From assembly GCA_046758385.1 (NCBI GenBank), contig JBHIAB010000002.1, positions 1-53,932 on the forward strand: DNA of 53,932 nt, written 5' to 3'. Both the position numbers and the translations under genes were made by a program. The notes beneath the pieces are model-generated. The model worked only from the letters and a program-made list of their open reading frames with translations, had not been told where the DNA came from and made no database searches. Of the stretch, positions 9,475 to 18,553 are shown piece after piece (position 1 is the first letter of the stretch; each line of letters opens with the position of its first letter). The DNA is from Candidatus Methylomirabilia bacterium (GTDB lineage: Bacteria > Methylomirabilota > Methylomirabilia > Rokubacteriales > CSP1-6).

Positions 9475-10511
9475 GCCGTCCTCTCGGGGACGAGGACAAC
9501 CTTGCCGCGGTTCTTCCGGTCGATCAGGTGCTGGACCGCGTGCCCAGCCTCTGAGAGAGAAAACACGCGATCCACAACGGGGCGGAGGCGGCCGGCCTCC
9601 ACGAATTCCAGAAGGGTCCTGAGCTCCAGGATGGACCCCAGGTTGGTGCCGATGACGCGGAGGTTCTTGGAGTAGACGTGGCGAAGGTCCATGCGCCCCC
9701 AGTGGGTGTCGTGAGACCCGATGCTGATCAACGTGCCGAGGCGCGTGAGGCAGTACACGCTCCGCTCCAGGGTCTCGCCGCCGATGTGCTCGACTACCAC
9801 ATCCACGCCCCGCTTGTCGGTCCAGCGCCGGACCTCTTCGACAAAGTCCTGCCGGCGATGGTTGATCACCTGATCGGCGCCGAGCGATCGGGCAAAGTCG
9901 ATCTTCTCGTCGGCGCCCACCGTGGTGATCACCCTGGCGCCGACCAGTTTCGCGATCTGGATGGCCGCGCTCCCCACACCACTCCCAGCAGCGTGAACGA
10001 GCGCGGTCTGGCCGGGCCGCAAGGGCGCCTGGGAGACGAGCCCGTGCCACGAGGTGAGCATCGCCAGTGGGACAGCCGCACCGGCTTCAAAGCCGATCGC
10101 CTCAGGAAGCGGGATGATGTTCTCGGCCGGCGCCTTCACCAGCTCGGCGTAACCACCATCCTTGTGGGCACCGAGATAGCCGTAGCGGAGGCAGACCGTC
10201 CGCTGCGCGCGGAGGCAGAACTCGCAGCGACCGCAGGAGAAGCCAGGGAAGACGATCACGCGCCGCCCGATCGTGAGCCCGCTGACGTCGGGACCCATGG
10301 CGGCCAGGGTCCCGGTGACCTCGCAGCCGTTGACGTGCGGCAGCCCCTCGGGCGGTGGGAAACGACCGTCCAGGAGGAGCAGGTCCACCTGGTTCAGCGC
10401 GCAGGCCCGGACACGTACCAGGACCTCGCCCGGACCCGGCACCGGATCCTTGTAGTCGCCGTAGATGATCTCTTCGGAACCGCCGTGCTCTTTGAAGTAG
10501 GCCGCTTTCAT
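9471..10511 (-). CDS. MDR superfamily zinc-binding dehydrogenase / quinone oxidoreductase-like protein
   Basis: Structural-Zn CGRCEFC...C and AAGSGVG nucleotide motif. GHE is replaced by GCE and the first catalytic Cys is absent (ALNQVD). Confidence 0.9.
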   Translation of the reverse strand: MKAAYFKEHGGSEEIIYGDYKDPVPGPGEVLVRVRACALNQVDLLLLDGRFPPPEGLPHVNGCEVTGTLAAMGPDVSGLTIGRRVIVFPGFSCGRCEFCLRAQRTVCLRYGYLGAHKDGGYAELVKAPAENIIPLPEAIGFEAGAAVPLAMLTSWHGLVSQAPLRPGQTALVHAAGSGVGSAAIQIAKLVGARVITTVGADEKIDFARSLGADQVINHRRQDFVEEVRRWTDKRGVDVVVEHIGGETLERSVYCLTRLGTLISIGSHDTHWGRMDLRHVYSKNLRVIGTNLGSILELRTLLEFVEAGRLRPVVDRVFSLSEAGHAVQHLIDRKNRGKVVLVPERTA

Positions 10512-10553
10512 ACCGATCGTGGTCCTTTCGTGTGACGCGGAGTCAGGTTGGAG

Positions 10554-11951
10554 TTAGAACGGCACCTCGGCGCGTTCGTCCTTGACGCGCTTGGCCTTGT
10601 GATCCCAGCGCGGCAGGCCACCGGGCTGTGTCAGCTCCACGGTCACCCGGATCCCGAGCCCGATCCGGAGCGCTTCGGCCAGAGCCACCTGCATGCGCTG
10701 GCGCTTCTCAGGGGACAGCCCCGGCGCAGGGTCGATCCTGACCAGGATGTCATCGAGCCCCTCGGCGCGCCGGAAGATGATCTGAAACTCGTCCACGCCC
10801 CGATGGCCTCGCACGATCTCCTCGATGCGGCGGGGGTAGACGATGATGCCACGCACCTTCTTCATGTCGTCCAGACGGGCGAGCACGCCGCCCTCGAAGG
10901 CGACCAGCGTTCGGCCGCAGGTGCACGGACGATCCGCAAGCTGGACCAGATCTCGGGTCCGGTACCGGAGGAGCGGCATGGCCTTCCGGTAGAGGCTGGT
11001 GAGCACCAGCTCGCCCTTCTCCCCGGGCTTCACCGGCTGGTCCTGCTCGTCCAGGACTTCCGGATAACAGTAGTCCTCGTGGACGTGAACGAGGCCGGCC
11101 TGCGCGTCGCACTCGAAGCCCCAGGCCATGATCTCCGTGAGCCCCGGGAGGTCGAAGGCCCGGGCGCCGAACGCCGCTTCTATCCTGGCCTTGGTCGCCG
11201 GAATGGAGGCCCCTGGCTCGCCGGTGTGCCAGGTGATTCGGACCTTGCTCTCCTTGGCCAGACTGACCCCCTTCCTGCCCGCCTGCTCAGCCAGGAATAG
11301 CGCGTAGGAGGGCGTGCAGCCCAAGACCGTGATGGGATAAGTCAGGAGCGCGTCGATCCGCTGGTCGGTCGTGAGACCGCCCGCAGGAAAAACCATCGCG
11401 CCGAGATGCTGGGCCGCGTGAAAACCCAACCAGTAGCCGACCCACGGTCCGTAAGAGAACGCGGCCATCACCATGTCCGCCTTCCGCACTCCGAAGGCGT
11501 ACAGCGACCGGGCATAGGTGCGGTAGAAGCGGGCCCAGTCCCCCTCGGTGTCGACGATCGCCAGCGGCCTCCCCGTGGTGGCGGAGGTCATGTGTACACG
11601 CACACACTCCTCCAGCGGGACCGCGAGGAAGGTTCCCCAGAGGGGGTAATCGGCCTGGTCCTGCTTGAGCTCGTCCTTGGTCGTGAACGGCAGGCGCTCG
11701 AGATCTTTGAGCCGCTTGACCTGCCTGGGTGTGACGGCTGCCTCGCGGAGCTTCTCCCGGTAGAAGAGGCTCGCTCGGTAGGCATGCTCGACCTGCTCCC
11801 GGAGACGGCGTTCCTGAAGCCGCGCCAGCGTCCCTCGCGAGGCCGTCTCGATCTCTGGCTCCAGGTAGCGGGAACCGGCCTTCAGCCTCTTGGCCGAGCG
11901 AGGCCCTCTCCCGGCCTTGCGCCTGGGCTGCCTGGGGCGGCTTCGCCTCAT
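10554..11951 (-). CDS. phenylacetate-CoA ligase family (PaaK-like) aryl/heteroaryl-CoA ligase
   Basis: RLPFTTKDEL, MTSATTGRP, AFSYG, TGEPG, GELVLTSL, LLRYRTRD and the C-terminal KAKRV lysine motif. Confidence 0.92.
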   Translation of the reverse strand: MRRSRPRQPRRKAGRGPRSAKRLKAGSRYLEPEIETASRGTLARLQERRLREQVEHAYRASLFYREKLREAAVTPRQVKRLKDLERLPFTTKDELKQDQADYPLWGTFLAVPLEECVRVHMTSATTGRPLAIVDTEGDWARFYRTYARSLYAFGVRKADMVMAAFSYGPWVGYWLGFHAAQHLGAMVFPAGGLTTDQRIDALLTYPITVLGCTPSYALFLAEQAGRKGVSLAKESKVRITWHTGEPGASIPATKARIEAAFGARAFDLPGLTEIMAWGFECDAQAGLVHVHEDYCYPEVLDEQDQPVKPGEKGELVLTSLYRKAMPLLRYRTRDLVQLADRPCTCGRTLVAFEGGVLARLDDMKKVRGIIVYPRRIEEIVRGHRGVDEFQIIFRRAEGLDDILVRIDPAPGLSPEKRQRMQVALAEALRIGLGIRVTVELTQPGGLPRWDHKAKRVKDERAEVPF

Positions 11952-12391
11952 CCGGTGCTCCCGAGTTCCTGCGCCACCCGGGAGAAGAACTGGTCCAACG
12001 TCATCTTGGCCACGCCCCCCAGCATCCGCTGCCCGACTCCCGCGATCAGGCCCCCCACCTGGAGATCGGCGTGACAGGCGACCCTCGTGCCGCCGCCGAC
12101 CTCGGAGAGTTCCATGGAGGCCTCCCCGCGCATGAAGCCCTGAGCACCGCTTCCCTCCACCGCCATCTTGTACCGGGACGGTGGCTCCTTGTCGGACAAC
12201 CGCACCTTCCCATCAAACGTCCCCTTCACCGCGGCGACTCCCACCTTCAACGTCGCCTTGTACTCGTCTCCACCCACCGCTTCGAGCCTCTCGCAGCCCG
12301 GGATGACCTTGACGAGCTGCTCGGGATCGAGCAGCGCCTGCCACACTCGCTCGCGAGGAGCGGGGAGGGTGTAGCTGCCTTCGATCTTCAT
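11948..12391 (-). CDS. coxG: CoxG/SRPBCC family protein
   Basis: APRERVWQALLDPEQL...IPGCE, typical of CoxG. SD AAAGGA. Confidence 0.9.
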   Translation of the reverse strand: MKIEGSYTLPAPRERVWQALLDPEQLVKVIPGCERLEAVGGDEYKATLKVGVAAVKGTFDGKVRLSDKEPPSRYKMAVEGSGAQGFMRGEASMELSEVGGGTRVACHADLQVGGLIAGVGQRMLGGVAKMTLDQFFSRVAQELGSTG

Positions 12392-12488
12392 AGAGACAGT
12401 CCTTTCCAGACCGGATCTGAAGGTGAACCCGATCAGGCCTGAGTCAGCGTGTTTGTACGGAGACCCCTACAGAGACAGCAACGCCGGT

Positions 12489-12517
12489 AGGATACGGTGG
12501 ACAGCCGAATCTTGCAA
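12489..12517 (-). promoter_or_regulatory. sigma70-type promoter of the coxG-CoA ligase-MDR-ubiD operon
   Basis: Minus strand TTGCAA (12517-12512), 17 nt, TATCCT (12494-12489). Confidence 0.6.
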
Positions 12518-12609
12518 CCCGGGCGGCGCCGGGCCGCTGGCCCTCCGAGCTCTTCCCAGAAGGCCCCCGCGTCTTTTACGTGGGACGTCGATCGGCTGCC
12601 CGCGCCGGC

Positions 12610-13635
12610 TCAGGCGGGACGAAACTTCTGGCGACCGACGGTGACGAACGCGACGGAATCCTCGGGCACCGCTGTCTCGATCACGAGGACCTGCTTGGGG
12701 AAGTCAATGGAACGGACAATCCCGAGCCCCAACGTCTCTCGCTCGGCGTTGTCCAGCCCGGCGAGCGCCCCTTGGAAGTCGTCCAGAGAGTAGTTGACCA
12801 CCTGGCACTCGTCAAAGCGCCGGGAGATCTGCCGGATCTGGACATCCTTCAGTGGATCCGGAGTGACCAGGATCAGCTCGGTGCCTCGTCGCTCCGCCCA
12901 GAGGACCATGTCATCCAAGAGCCCCGAGACCTCCTCGAGCTGGCGACTCGGGAGCGGCTGACCAACGGAGAGGGGGGGCTGCCGGAGCACCACCCGTGAG
13001 AGGTCCAGGTGTAGCGTCCGCGTTCCGTGGAAATACGCTTGAAGGGTCCGCTCACGGTGCAGACGCCGCTCCTCCTGGGAACGCTTCCGTCCGGCCGGGC
13101 CGGGAGCCAGGCGGAGGATTTCGGGTCGACGCCCCGGGCTGTACGGCCTCAGGATGTGCTCACACTCATCCCCGCGCTGCAGGCACGCGATGAGATCCGG
13201 GTTGACCAGGTCAATCTTGTGCTGCTTGAGGGTGCGCCCCAGCTCTCCCTGGATCAAGCCGCTTGTGTCGACGAGCACGCGCCCGAGCCCACTGGAGAGG
13301 CCTTTCTCCACCATGCGCTTGGTGCCGATGACGGTCGCCAGGAGGTGGCCCTGGGGCGAGGTGGAGCCCACGAAGTACAGCCCCACGACTTCCGCCTCTC
13401 CCAGTCGCTCCACCGGCTGGCCAATCAGCCCCAACCCCACCGTGGTCGGCGGGCCAATGTCGGACTGGCCTAGGTCAGCATCGACGACACCCACCCGGAA
13501 GCCGCGCTCGACCAGGCTATTGGCCAGGTAGGTGGTGAAGGAGCTCTTCCCGGTGTCGGTCTCACCGAGGATGAGGATGACGGGAACCTCAAGAGCCCGC
13601 CGGAGCGCCTTCTCCCAGGAGGGATCCGGAATCAT
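12610..13635 (-). CDS. Clp1/Grc3-family polynucleotide 5'-hydroxyl kinase
   Basis: Walker A GETDTGKS, DADLGQSDIGPP, VDTSG, and the Arg lid RSQEERRLHRE. ATGA-coupled to the aminotransferase. Confidence 0.88.
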   Translation of the reverse strand: MIPDPSWEKALRRALEVPVILILGETDTGKSSFTTYLANSLVERGFRVGVVDADLGQSDIGPPTTVGLGLIGQPVERLGEAEVVGLYFVGSTSPQGHLLATVIGTKRMVEKGLSSGLGRVLVDTSGLIQGELGRTLKQHKIDLVNPDLIACLQRGDECEHILRPYSPGRRPEILRLAPGPAGRKRSQEERRLHRERTLQAYFHGTRTLHLDLSRVVLRQPPLSVGQPLPSRQLEEVSGLLDDMVLWAERRGTELILVTPDPLKDVQIRQISRRFDECQVVNYSLDDFQGALAGLDNAERETLGLGIVRSIDFPKQVLVIETAVPEDSVAFVTVGRQKFRPA

Positions 13636-14822
13636 CCGTCCAGCGACCGGACAGCGTCGGCCATCCGGCCCAACCCCTCCGTGATGGTGCCGAGCCCCGC
13701 CGCGTAGGAGAAGCGCACATGGTGGTCCGAGGCAAAGTCGAGCCCAGGCACCACCGCCACCCGCGCCGCCTCGAGGAAAAAAGCCGCGACGGCTGAGGAA
13801 CCGGTCACAGCCGTGCCGTGCCAGTGCTTCCCGAAGAGCCCTGAGACATCGGGGAACGCGTAGAAGGCGCCTCGGGGCATCACGCAGGGGATCCCGACAA
13901 TCGAGTTGAGCCCCTCCACAAGAGCCCGGCGTCGGCGGTCAAACTCTCCGACCATCTTGGCCACATCGTCCTGCGGACCGGTCAGCGCCTCAACGGCCGC
14001 CCACTGCGCGACGGAAGACGGGTTGGAGGTCACCTGGCTCTGCACGTCCGCCATGGCGGCGGCCAGGGGCTCAGGGCCCGCCGCGTAGCCGATCCGCCAG
14101 CCGGTCATGGCATAGGCCTTGGAGCAGGTGTTGACCACGATGGTCCGGGCCTTGATCTCTGGGCCCAGGGTCGCGATGGAGACTCGCCGCAACCCGTAGG
14201 TGAGGGCCTCGTAGCATTCGTCCGAGATGACCCAGAGGTCCCGCTCGACTGCAAGCGCGGCGATGGCCCGGAGAGCCTCCGCAGAGAACACGGCTCCGGT
14301 GGGGTTGTTTGGGCTGTTGAGGACAATGGCCCTGGTGCGAGGGGTGACTGCCGCGCGCAAGCGATCCGGGTCCACCTCAAAGCCTCGAGACTCCTCGGTG
14401 GGAACCGCCACCGGCACGCCACCGAGGAGCTTGACCTGCTCGGGATAGGAGACCCAGTAGGGGCTCGGGATGAGAACCTCGTCCCCCTCATTCAGGAGTG
14501 CCAGGAAGATGTTGTAGAGGGTATGCTTGGCCCCGCAGGAAATCACGACTTCGGCGGGCCGGTACTCGAGGCCGTTGTCGCGCCGGAGCTTCTGGCAGAC
14601 TGCCTCCCGGAGCTCCGGGATCCCCGCGACCTCGGTGTACTTGGTCTGGCCCCGCTCGAGCGCGCGGCACGCCGCCTGCTTGATCCGCTCCGGGGTATCG
14701 AAGTCCGGCTCTCCCAAGCTGAAGGAGATGACGTCGATCCCCCGGGCGCGCATGGCCTTGGCCTTGGCCTGGACGGCCAGTGTGGCAGAGGGCTGAAGGG
14801 ACTTGAGCCGGTCGGCGAACAT
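13632..14822 (-). CDS. PLP-dependent class I/II aminotransferase (aspartate aminotransferase-like)
   Basis: GEPDF, NSPNNPTG, SDECY, and the PLP lysine motif SKAYAMTGWRIG. Confidence 0.95.
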   Translation of the reverse strand: MFADRLKSLQPSATLAVQAKAKAMRARGIDVISFSLGEPDFDTPERIKQAACRALERGQTKYTEVAGIPELREAVCQKLRRDNGLEYRPAEVVISCGAKHTLYNIFLALLNEGDEVLIPSPYWVSYPEQVKLLGGVPVAVPTEESRGFEVDPDRLRAAVTPRTRAIVLNSPNNPTGAVFSAEALRAIAALAVERDLWVISDECYEALTYGLRRVSIATLGPEIKARTIVVNTCSKAYAMTGWRIGYAAGPEPLAAAMADVQSQVTSNPSSVAQWAAVEALTGPQDDVAKMVGEFDRRRRALVEGLNSIVGIPCVMPRGAFYAFPDVSGLFGKHWHGTAVTGSSAVAAFFLEAARVAVVPGLDFASDHHVRFSYAAGLGTITEGLGRMADAVRSLDG

Positions 14823-14830
14823 CCGGACGG

Positions 14831-15316
14831 CTACTTCTTGGAGAACTTTTCCTTGAGGGCCGTCTCGACGTTCTCGGGGACCATGCCGGCCACCGACGCG
14901 CCGTAGCTGGCGACCTCCTTGATGAGGCGGGATGAGATGTAGGTGTACCTCTCGTGGGGCATCATGAAGACGGTTTCCACGCTGTCGCGGAGCTTCCGGT
15001 TCATCAGCGCCATCTGAAACTCGTACTCGAAGTCGGAGACCGCCCGGACGCCCCTCACGATCACATTGGCCCCCTCTCGCGTCACCAGGTCCACGAGGAG
15101 AGCATCGAAGGAGGTAATGCGGAAGTTGGCCAGCCCGCCGGTGGCCTCATCGATCAGGTCCATGCGCTCCTTCACCGTGAAGAGGGGCTCCTTCGCGGGG
15201 TTGGCCACCACGGCCACAATCAGCTGATCGAAGATCTGCAAGCTGCGCGTGATCAGATCCAGGTGCCCGTTATGGACCGGATCGAACATGCCGGGATACA
15301 CTGCCCGTTTCCCCAC
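14831..15316 (-). CDS. coaD: phosphopantetheine adenylyltransferase
   Basis: YPGMFDPVHNGH, VRGVRAVSDFEYE and ISSRLIKEVA. GTG start with SD GAGGAGG. Confidence 0.97.
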   Translation of the reverse strand: MGKRAVYPGMFDPVHNGHLDLITRSLQIFDQLIVAVVANPAKEPLFTVKERMDLIDEATGGLANFRITSFDALLVDLVTREGANVIVRGVRAVSDFEYEFQMALMNRKLRDSVETVFMMPHERYTYISSRLIKEVASYGASVAGMVPENVETALKEKFSKK

Positions 15317-15366
15317 GCGCCGCCTCCTCTCAGGTGGGTGGAACCCATGACAAAACCCCGCTGATC

Positions 15367-15921
15367 TTAGGCTCCGGCGCGGAAAAAAGTCAAGGTCGTT
15401 TCCCCGAACCGCCGACGTTTAAAGGTGCGCAAGCAGCCGACCCGATCGGGATGCGCGCGCTTGGTGAGGTGTTGGAGCGTGACGACGCCGCCGGGGATGA
15501 GGAGGACGCCGTCGGCGAGCCGGCCGAGTGCCTCCTCGGCCTCGGGGCTTTCATACGGCGGATCGAGGAAGATCAGCGTGAACGGTCTCCCCTCGCGCTT
15601 GAGGAGATCGAGGGTCGGGAGCACATCGCGGCCGAGGACGCGGCTCCGGCCCTCGAGGGCGAGATGCGTGAGGTTCTCGCGGAGCGCCTGGACGGCGAAG
15701 CGGCCGCGCTCGACAAAGACGCATGCGGCCGAGCCGCGAGAGAGGGCCTCAATGCCTACCCCCCCGGCCCCCGCGTAGAGATCGAGAAAGCGCGACCCGG
15801 GGAGCCACGGCGCGAGGGTGTCCAGGCACGCGATCCGCACCTGGTCGGCGGTGGGTCGCGTCCGTCTCCCCTGCGGGAGCCTGAGCCGCTGGCCTTTCAG
15901 CTCACCGGCAATGACCCGCAC
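15367..15921 (-). CDS. rsmD: 16S rRNA m2G966 methyltransferase
   Basis: GTG start at 15921 giving VRVIAGELKG, plus RPTAD, FLDLYAGAGGVGIEALSRG and DPPY. Confidence 0.95.
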   Translation of the reverse strand: MRVIAGELKGQRLRLPQGRRTRPTADQVRIACLDTLAPWLPGSRFLDLYAGAGGVGIEALSRGSAACVFVERGRFAVQALRENLTHLALEGRSRVLGRDVLPTLDLLKREGRPFTLIFLDPPYESPEAEEALGRLADGVLLIPGGVVTLQHLTKRAHPDRVGCLRTFKRRRFGETTLTFFRAGA

Positions 15922-15925
15922 GGGC

Positions 15926-18037
15926 CTACCCCGCACTGGCCAGGTCCAGCTTCCCCTGCCACCGGGAGAGCAGAGCCTCCCGAAGGACGCGATGCTCGGG
16001 GCGCACCAGAACGGGATCGGCCGCGACCAGTCCGAACGCCTCCTGGCGGGCTTCCTCGAGCACGCGACCATCCTGGAGCAGGTTTGCGACCCGAAATTCT
16101 GGAAGGCCCGACTGGCGCGTGCCGAAAAAGTCCCCCGGGCCGCGGAGCTCCAGGTCCACCTCGGCGATCCGAAAGCCGTCCTGGCTCTTCACCATCGCCT
16201 GAAGCCGCTGGCGCGCCTCTCGGCTCGCCGTCTCCGCGGCCAGCAGGATGCAGTAAGACTTCCACGGCCCGCGCCCGATGCGCCCGCGGAGCTGGTGAAG
16301 CTGGGCTAGGCCGAAGCGCTCGGCATGCTCCACCAACATGACCGTGGCGTTGGGGACATCGATTCCGACCTCGATCACCGTCGTCGAGACCAGGATCTTG
16401 ATCTCCCCCGCCTTGAAGGCGGCCATGATAGCCTCCTTTTCCTCGAAACGCATCCGGCCGTGAAGGAGGCCCACTCGGACCTCGGGAAAAACCTCCTGGG
16501 CCAGGCGCACGGCCATCTCGGAGGCGGCCTTGAGGTCCGAGGCCTCCGACTCCTCCACCAACGGGCACACCACATAGACCTGCCGCCCTTCCCGGATCTG
16601 CTCGCCGAGGAAGGTATAAATCCGGGCTCGACGGGACTCCTTCCTGACCCCCGTGACCACCGGCTGACGTCCCGGAGGCATCTGGTCGATCACCGAGAGG
16701 TCCAGGTCGCCGTACAGGGTGAGGGCAAGCGTGCGCGGGATGGGAGTCGCGGTCATTACCAGGAGATGGGGACGCACACCCTTGGCCCTCAGGCTGGCGC
16801 GCTGGATCACGCCGAAACGGTGCTGTTCATCCACCACGGCGAGGCCCAGTCGCTGGAACACCACCTCCTCCTGAATCAGTGCGTGGGTCCCGATGACCAC
16901 CGGGCTCACCCCGCGTGCCACCTCATCCAGCCGGGCTTCCCGTTCCTTTCCTTTCACGCCCGAGGTGAGAAGCGTGACGCGCAGGCCCAAGGGCGACAGA
17001 ATCTGCGACAGGGTCAGAAAGTGCTGCTCGGCCAAGATCTCTGTGGGCGCCATGAGGGCGGCCTGATGGCCAGCCTCGACGGCAGTCAGCATGGCCATGG
17101 CCGCCACGATGGTCTTTCCTGAGCCGACATCCCCTTGCAGGAGCCGGTTCATCGGCACCGACCGGGCCAAGTCCTCGCCGATCTCCTCCAACACCCGCTC
17201 TTGGGCCGTCGTCAGCGCGTACGGCAGGGACCTGCGCAAACGGTGCAGCAGCACCCCCGCCGATCGTATGGGGACCCCGCTCTCCTGCCCCTCCCGCTGC
17301 CGTCTGATCGCCAGTCCGAGCTGGAAGAGGAAGAAGTCCTCGAACACCAGGCGCCGGCGCGCCGCCGCGAGAGCGTCCCGACTTTCGGGGAAGTGAATGC
17401 TCCGGAGCGCCTGAGACAGCGGGAGGAGCATTCGCCGGGCGAGGACGACCTCGGGCAGGGTCTCACGCGCCTGGTCGGCGAAGCTTTCCACGACCCGCCA
17501 GAGAAGCGCACGGAGCTGGCGCTGCCCGAGCCCCTCGGTCAGGTGATAGACAGGGACCAGGCGGCCGGTGTGGAGGGTTTCCTCCTCGTCGCCGTCCAGG
17601 ATCTCGAAATCCGGGTGCTGCATCTGGAGCGGCCCGCCCTCGAAGCGGGTGACCTTGCCGTAGAGCACCAGGCGCTGCCCACGGCTCAGCACCTTCTGCA
17701 GATACGGCTGGTTGAACCAGACCGCGGTGAGGTAGCCCGACCCATCGCGGAGCAGCGCCTGGAGCGGCAGCCTGCGCTTCGCCCGCGGCGCCGGGCTGAC
17801 CCCGACGATGGTCCCCGAGCATGACTGAAACAGGCCGGGAGTGAGCGACCGGAACGGTGTCAGGCGACTCCGGTCCTCGTGACGAGCGGGGCAGAAGAAG
17901 AGGGCATCCTCAGCGGTAAGGAGTCTGAGGTGGGAAAGCAATTCCGACCGCTGGGGGCCGACCCCCTTCAGGTACCTCAGGGGTGTCTGAAGGCCCTGGG
18001 CCGTGTCGGAGGGAGGAGGGACGCCGTGAGACGTCAA
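15926..18037 (-). CDS. recG: ATP-dependent DNA helicase RecG
   Basis: LKGVGP, wedge domain WFNQPY, QGDVGSGKT, DEQH, MTATPIPRTL and QLHQLRGRIGRG. Confidence 0.97.
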   Translation of the reverse strand: MTSHGVPPPSDTAQGLQTPLRYLKGVGPQRSELLSHLRLLTAEDALFFCPARHEDRSRLTPFRSLTPGLFQSCSGTIVGVSPAPRAKRRLPLQALLRDGSGYLTAVWFNQPYLQKVLSRGQRLVLYGKVTRFEGGPLQMQHPDFEILDGDEEETLHTGRLVPVYHLTEGLGQRQLRALLWRVVESFADQARETLPEVVLARRMLLPLSQALRSIHFPESRDALAAARRRLVFEDFFLFQLGLAIRRQREGQESGVPIRSAGVLLHRLRRSLPYALTTAQERVLEEIGEDLARSVPMNRLLQGDVGSGKTIVAAMAMLTAVEAGHQAALMAPTEILAEQHFLTLSQILSPLGLRVTLLTSGVKGKEREARLDEVARGVSPVVIGTHALIQEEVVFQRLGLAVVDEQHRFGVIQRASLRAKGVRPHLLVMTATPIPRTLALTLYGDLDLSVIDQMPPGRQPVVTGVRKESRRARIYTFLGEQIREGRQVYVVCPLVEESEASDLKAASEMAVRLAQEVFPEVRVGLLHGRMRFEEKEAIMAAFKAGEIKILVSTTVIEVGIDVPNATVMLVEHAERFGLAQLHQLRGRIGRGPWKSYCILLAAETASREARQRLQAMVKSQDGFRIAEVDLELRGPGDFFGTRQSGLPEFRVANLLQDGRVLEEARQEAFGLVAADPVLVRPEHRVLREALLSRWQGKLDLASAG

Positions 18038-18041
18038 GCCC

Positions 18042-18070
18042 TTGCCTCGTTCACGAATGTATGCTATAAA
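18042..18070 (+). promoter_or_regulatory. sigma70 promoter of rpmB
   Basis: TTGCCT (18042-18047), 17 nt, TATAAA (18065-18070), with an extended -10 TG. Confidence 0.75.
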
Positions 18071-18118
18071 ACGTTCTCGTCTGCAGCAACCTTAACTCCC
18101 GTCTTCCGAGGAGTCACC

Positions 18119-18310
18119 ATGGCGCTGCGCTGCGATATCTGCGGGAAGGGACCCGCCGTCGGCTACCGGATCAGCCACGCCCACAACGCGACCAAACGGC
18201 GCTGGCGGCCCAACCTGGTCTCGATCCGGGCGCTCATCGGCGGCGGCCCCCGGCGGGTTCGCATCTGCACCCGGTGCCTGAAGAGCGGGAAGGTGACCAA
18301 AGTGGTGTAG
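18119..18310 (+). CDS. rpmB: 50S ribosomal protein bL28 (zinc-ribbon, C+ form)
   Basis: MALRCDICGKGP...SHAHNATKRRWRPNL...ICTRCLKSG. SD GAGGAG. Confidence 0.97.
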   Translation: MALRCDICGKGPAVGYRISHAHNATKRRWRPNLVSIRALIGGGPRRVRICTRCLKSGKVTKVV

Positions 18311-18339
18311 GACGCCATGGGGAAGGACCGGTGAAATGA

Positions 18340-18401
18340 CGAGGGGGTGTCGCCACACCCCCTCGGGATGAGTGCCGGTGGGAGGCCGCCACCCCCCACC
18401 G
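18340..18401. terminator. two GC-rich stem-loops between convergent rpmB and the microprotein genes
   Basis: CGAGGGGGTGT-CGCC-ACACCCCCTCG is a perfect 11-bp stem (18340-18365). A second stem is CGGTGGG...CCCACCG (18376-18401). Neither has a U-tract. Confidence 0.5.
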
Positions 18402-18417
18402 ATGACTGCGGGCTAGC

Positions 18418-18465
18418 TTATCTCTTCTTCTTTTTCTTTGCCGCAGCCTTCTTCTTTTTAGCCAT
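18418..18465 (-). CDS. Lys-rich microprotein B, 15 aa: MAKKKKAAAKKKKKR
   Basis: Read by hand: ATG at 18465, TAA at 18420-18418, SD AAAGGAGGTGA shortly upstream. Paralogous to 18554-18607. Confidence 0.75.
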   Translation of the reverse strand: MAKKKKAAAKKKKKR

Positions 18466-18553
18466 GCCCAGTTCTCACCTCCTTTCCCCCATGAGGGGAT
18501 ACCCCCTCCTGCGCTCCCATGGAGTATCTCCCTCAGGTCGGCAACGAGGGATA

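Noticed and set aside
12392-12488. Riboswitch (Moco-type) in the coxG leader
   Set aside because: No recognisable conserved motif by eye. An Rfam/Infernal search is needed.
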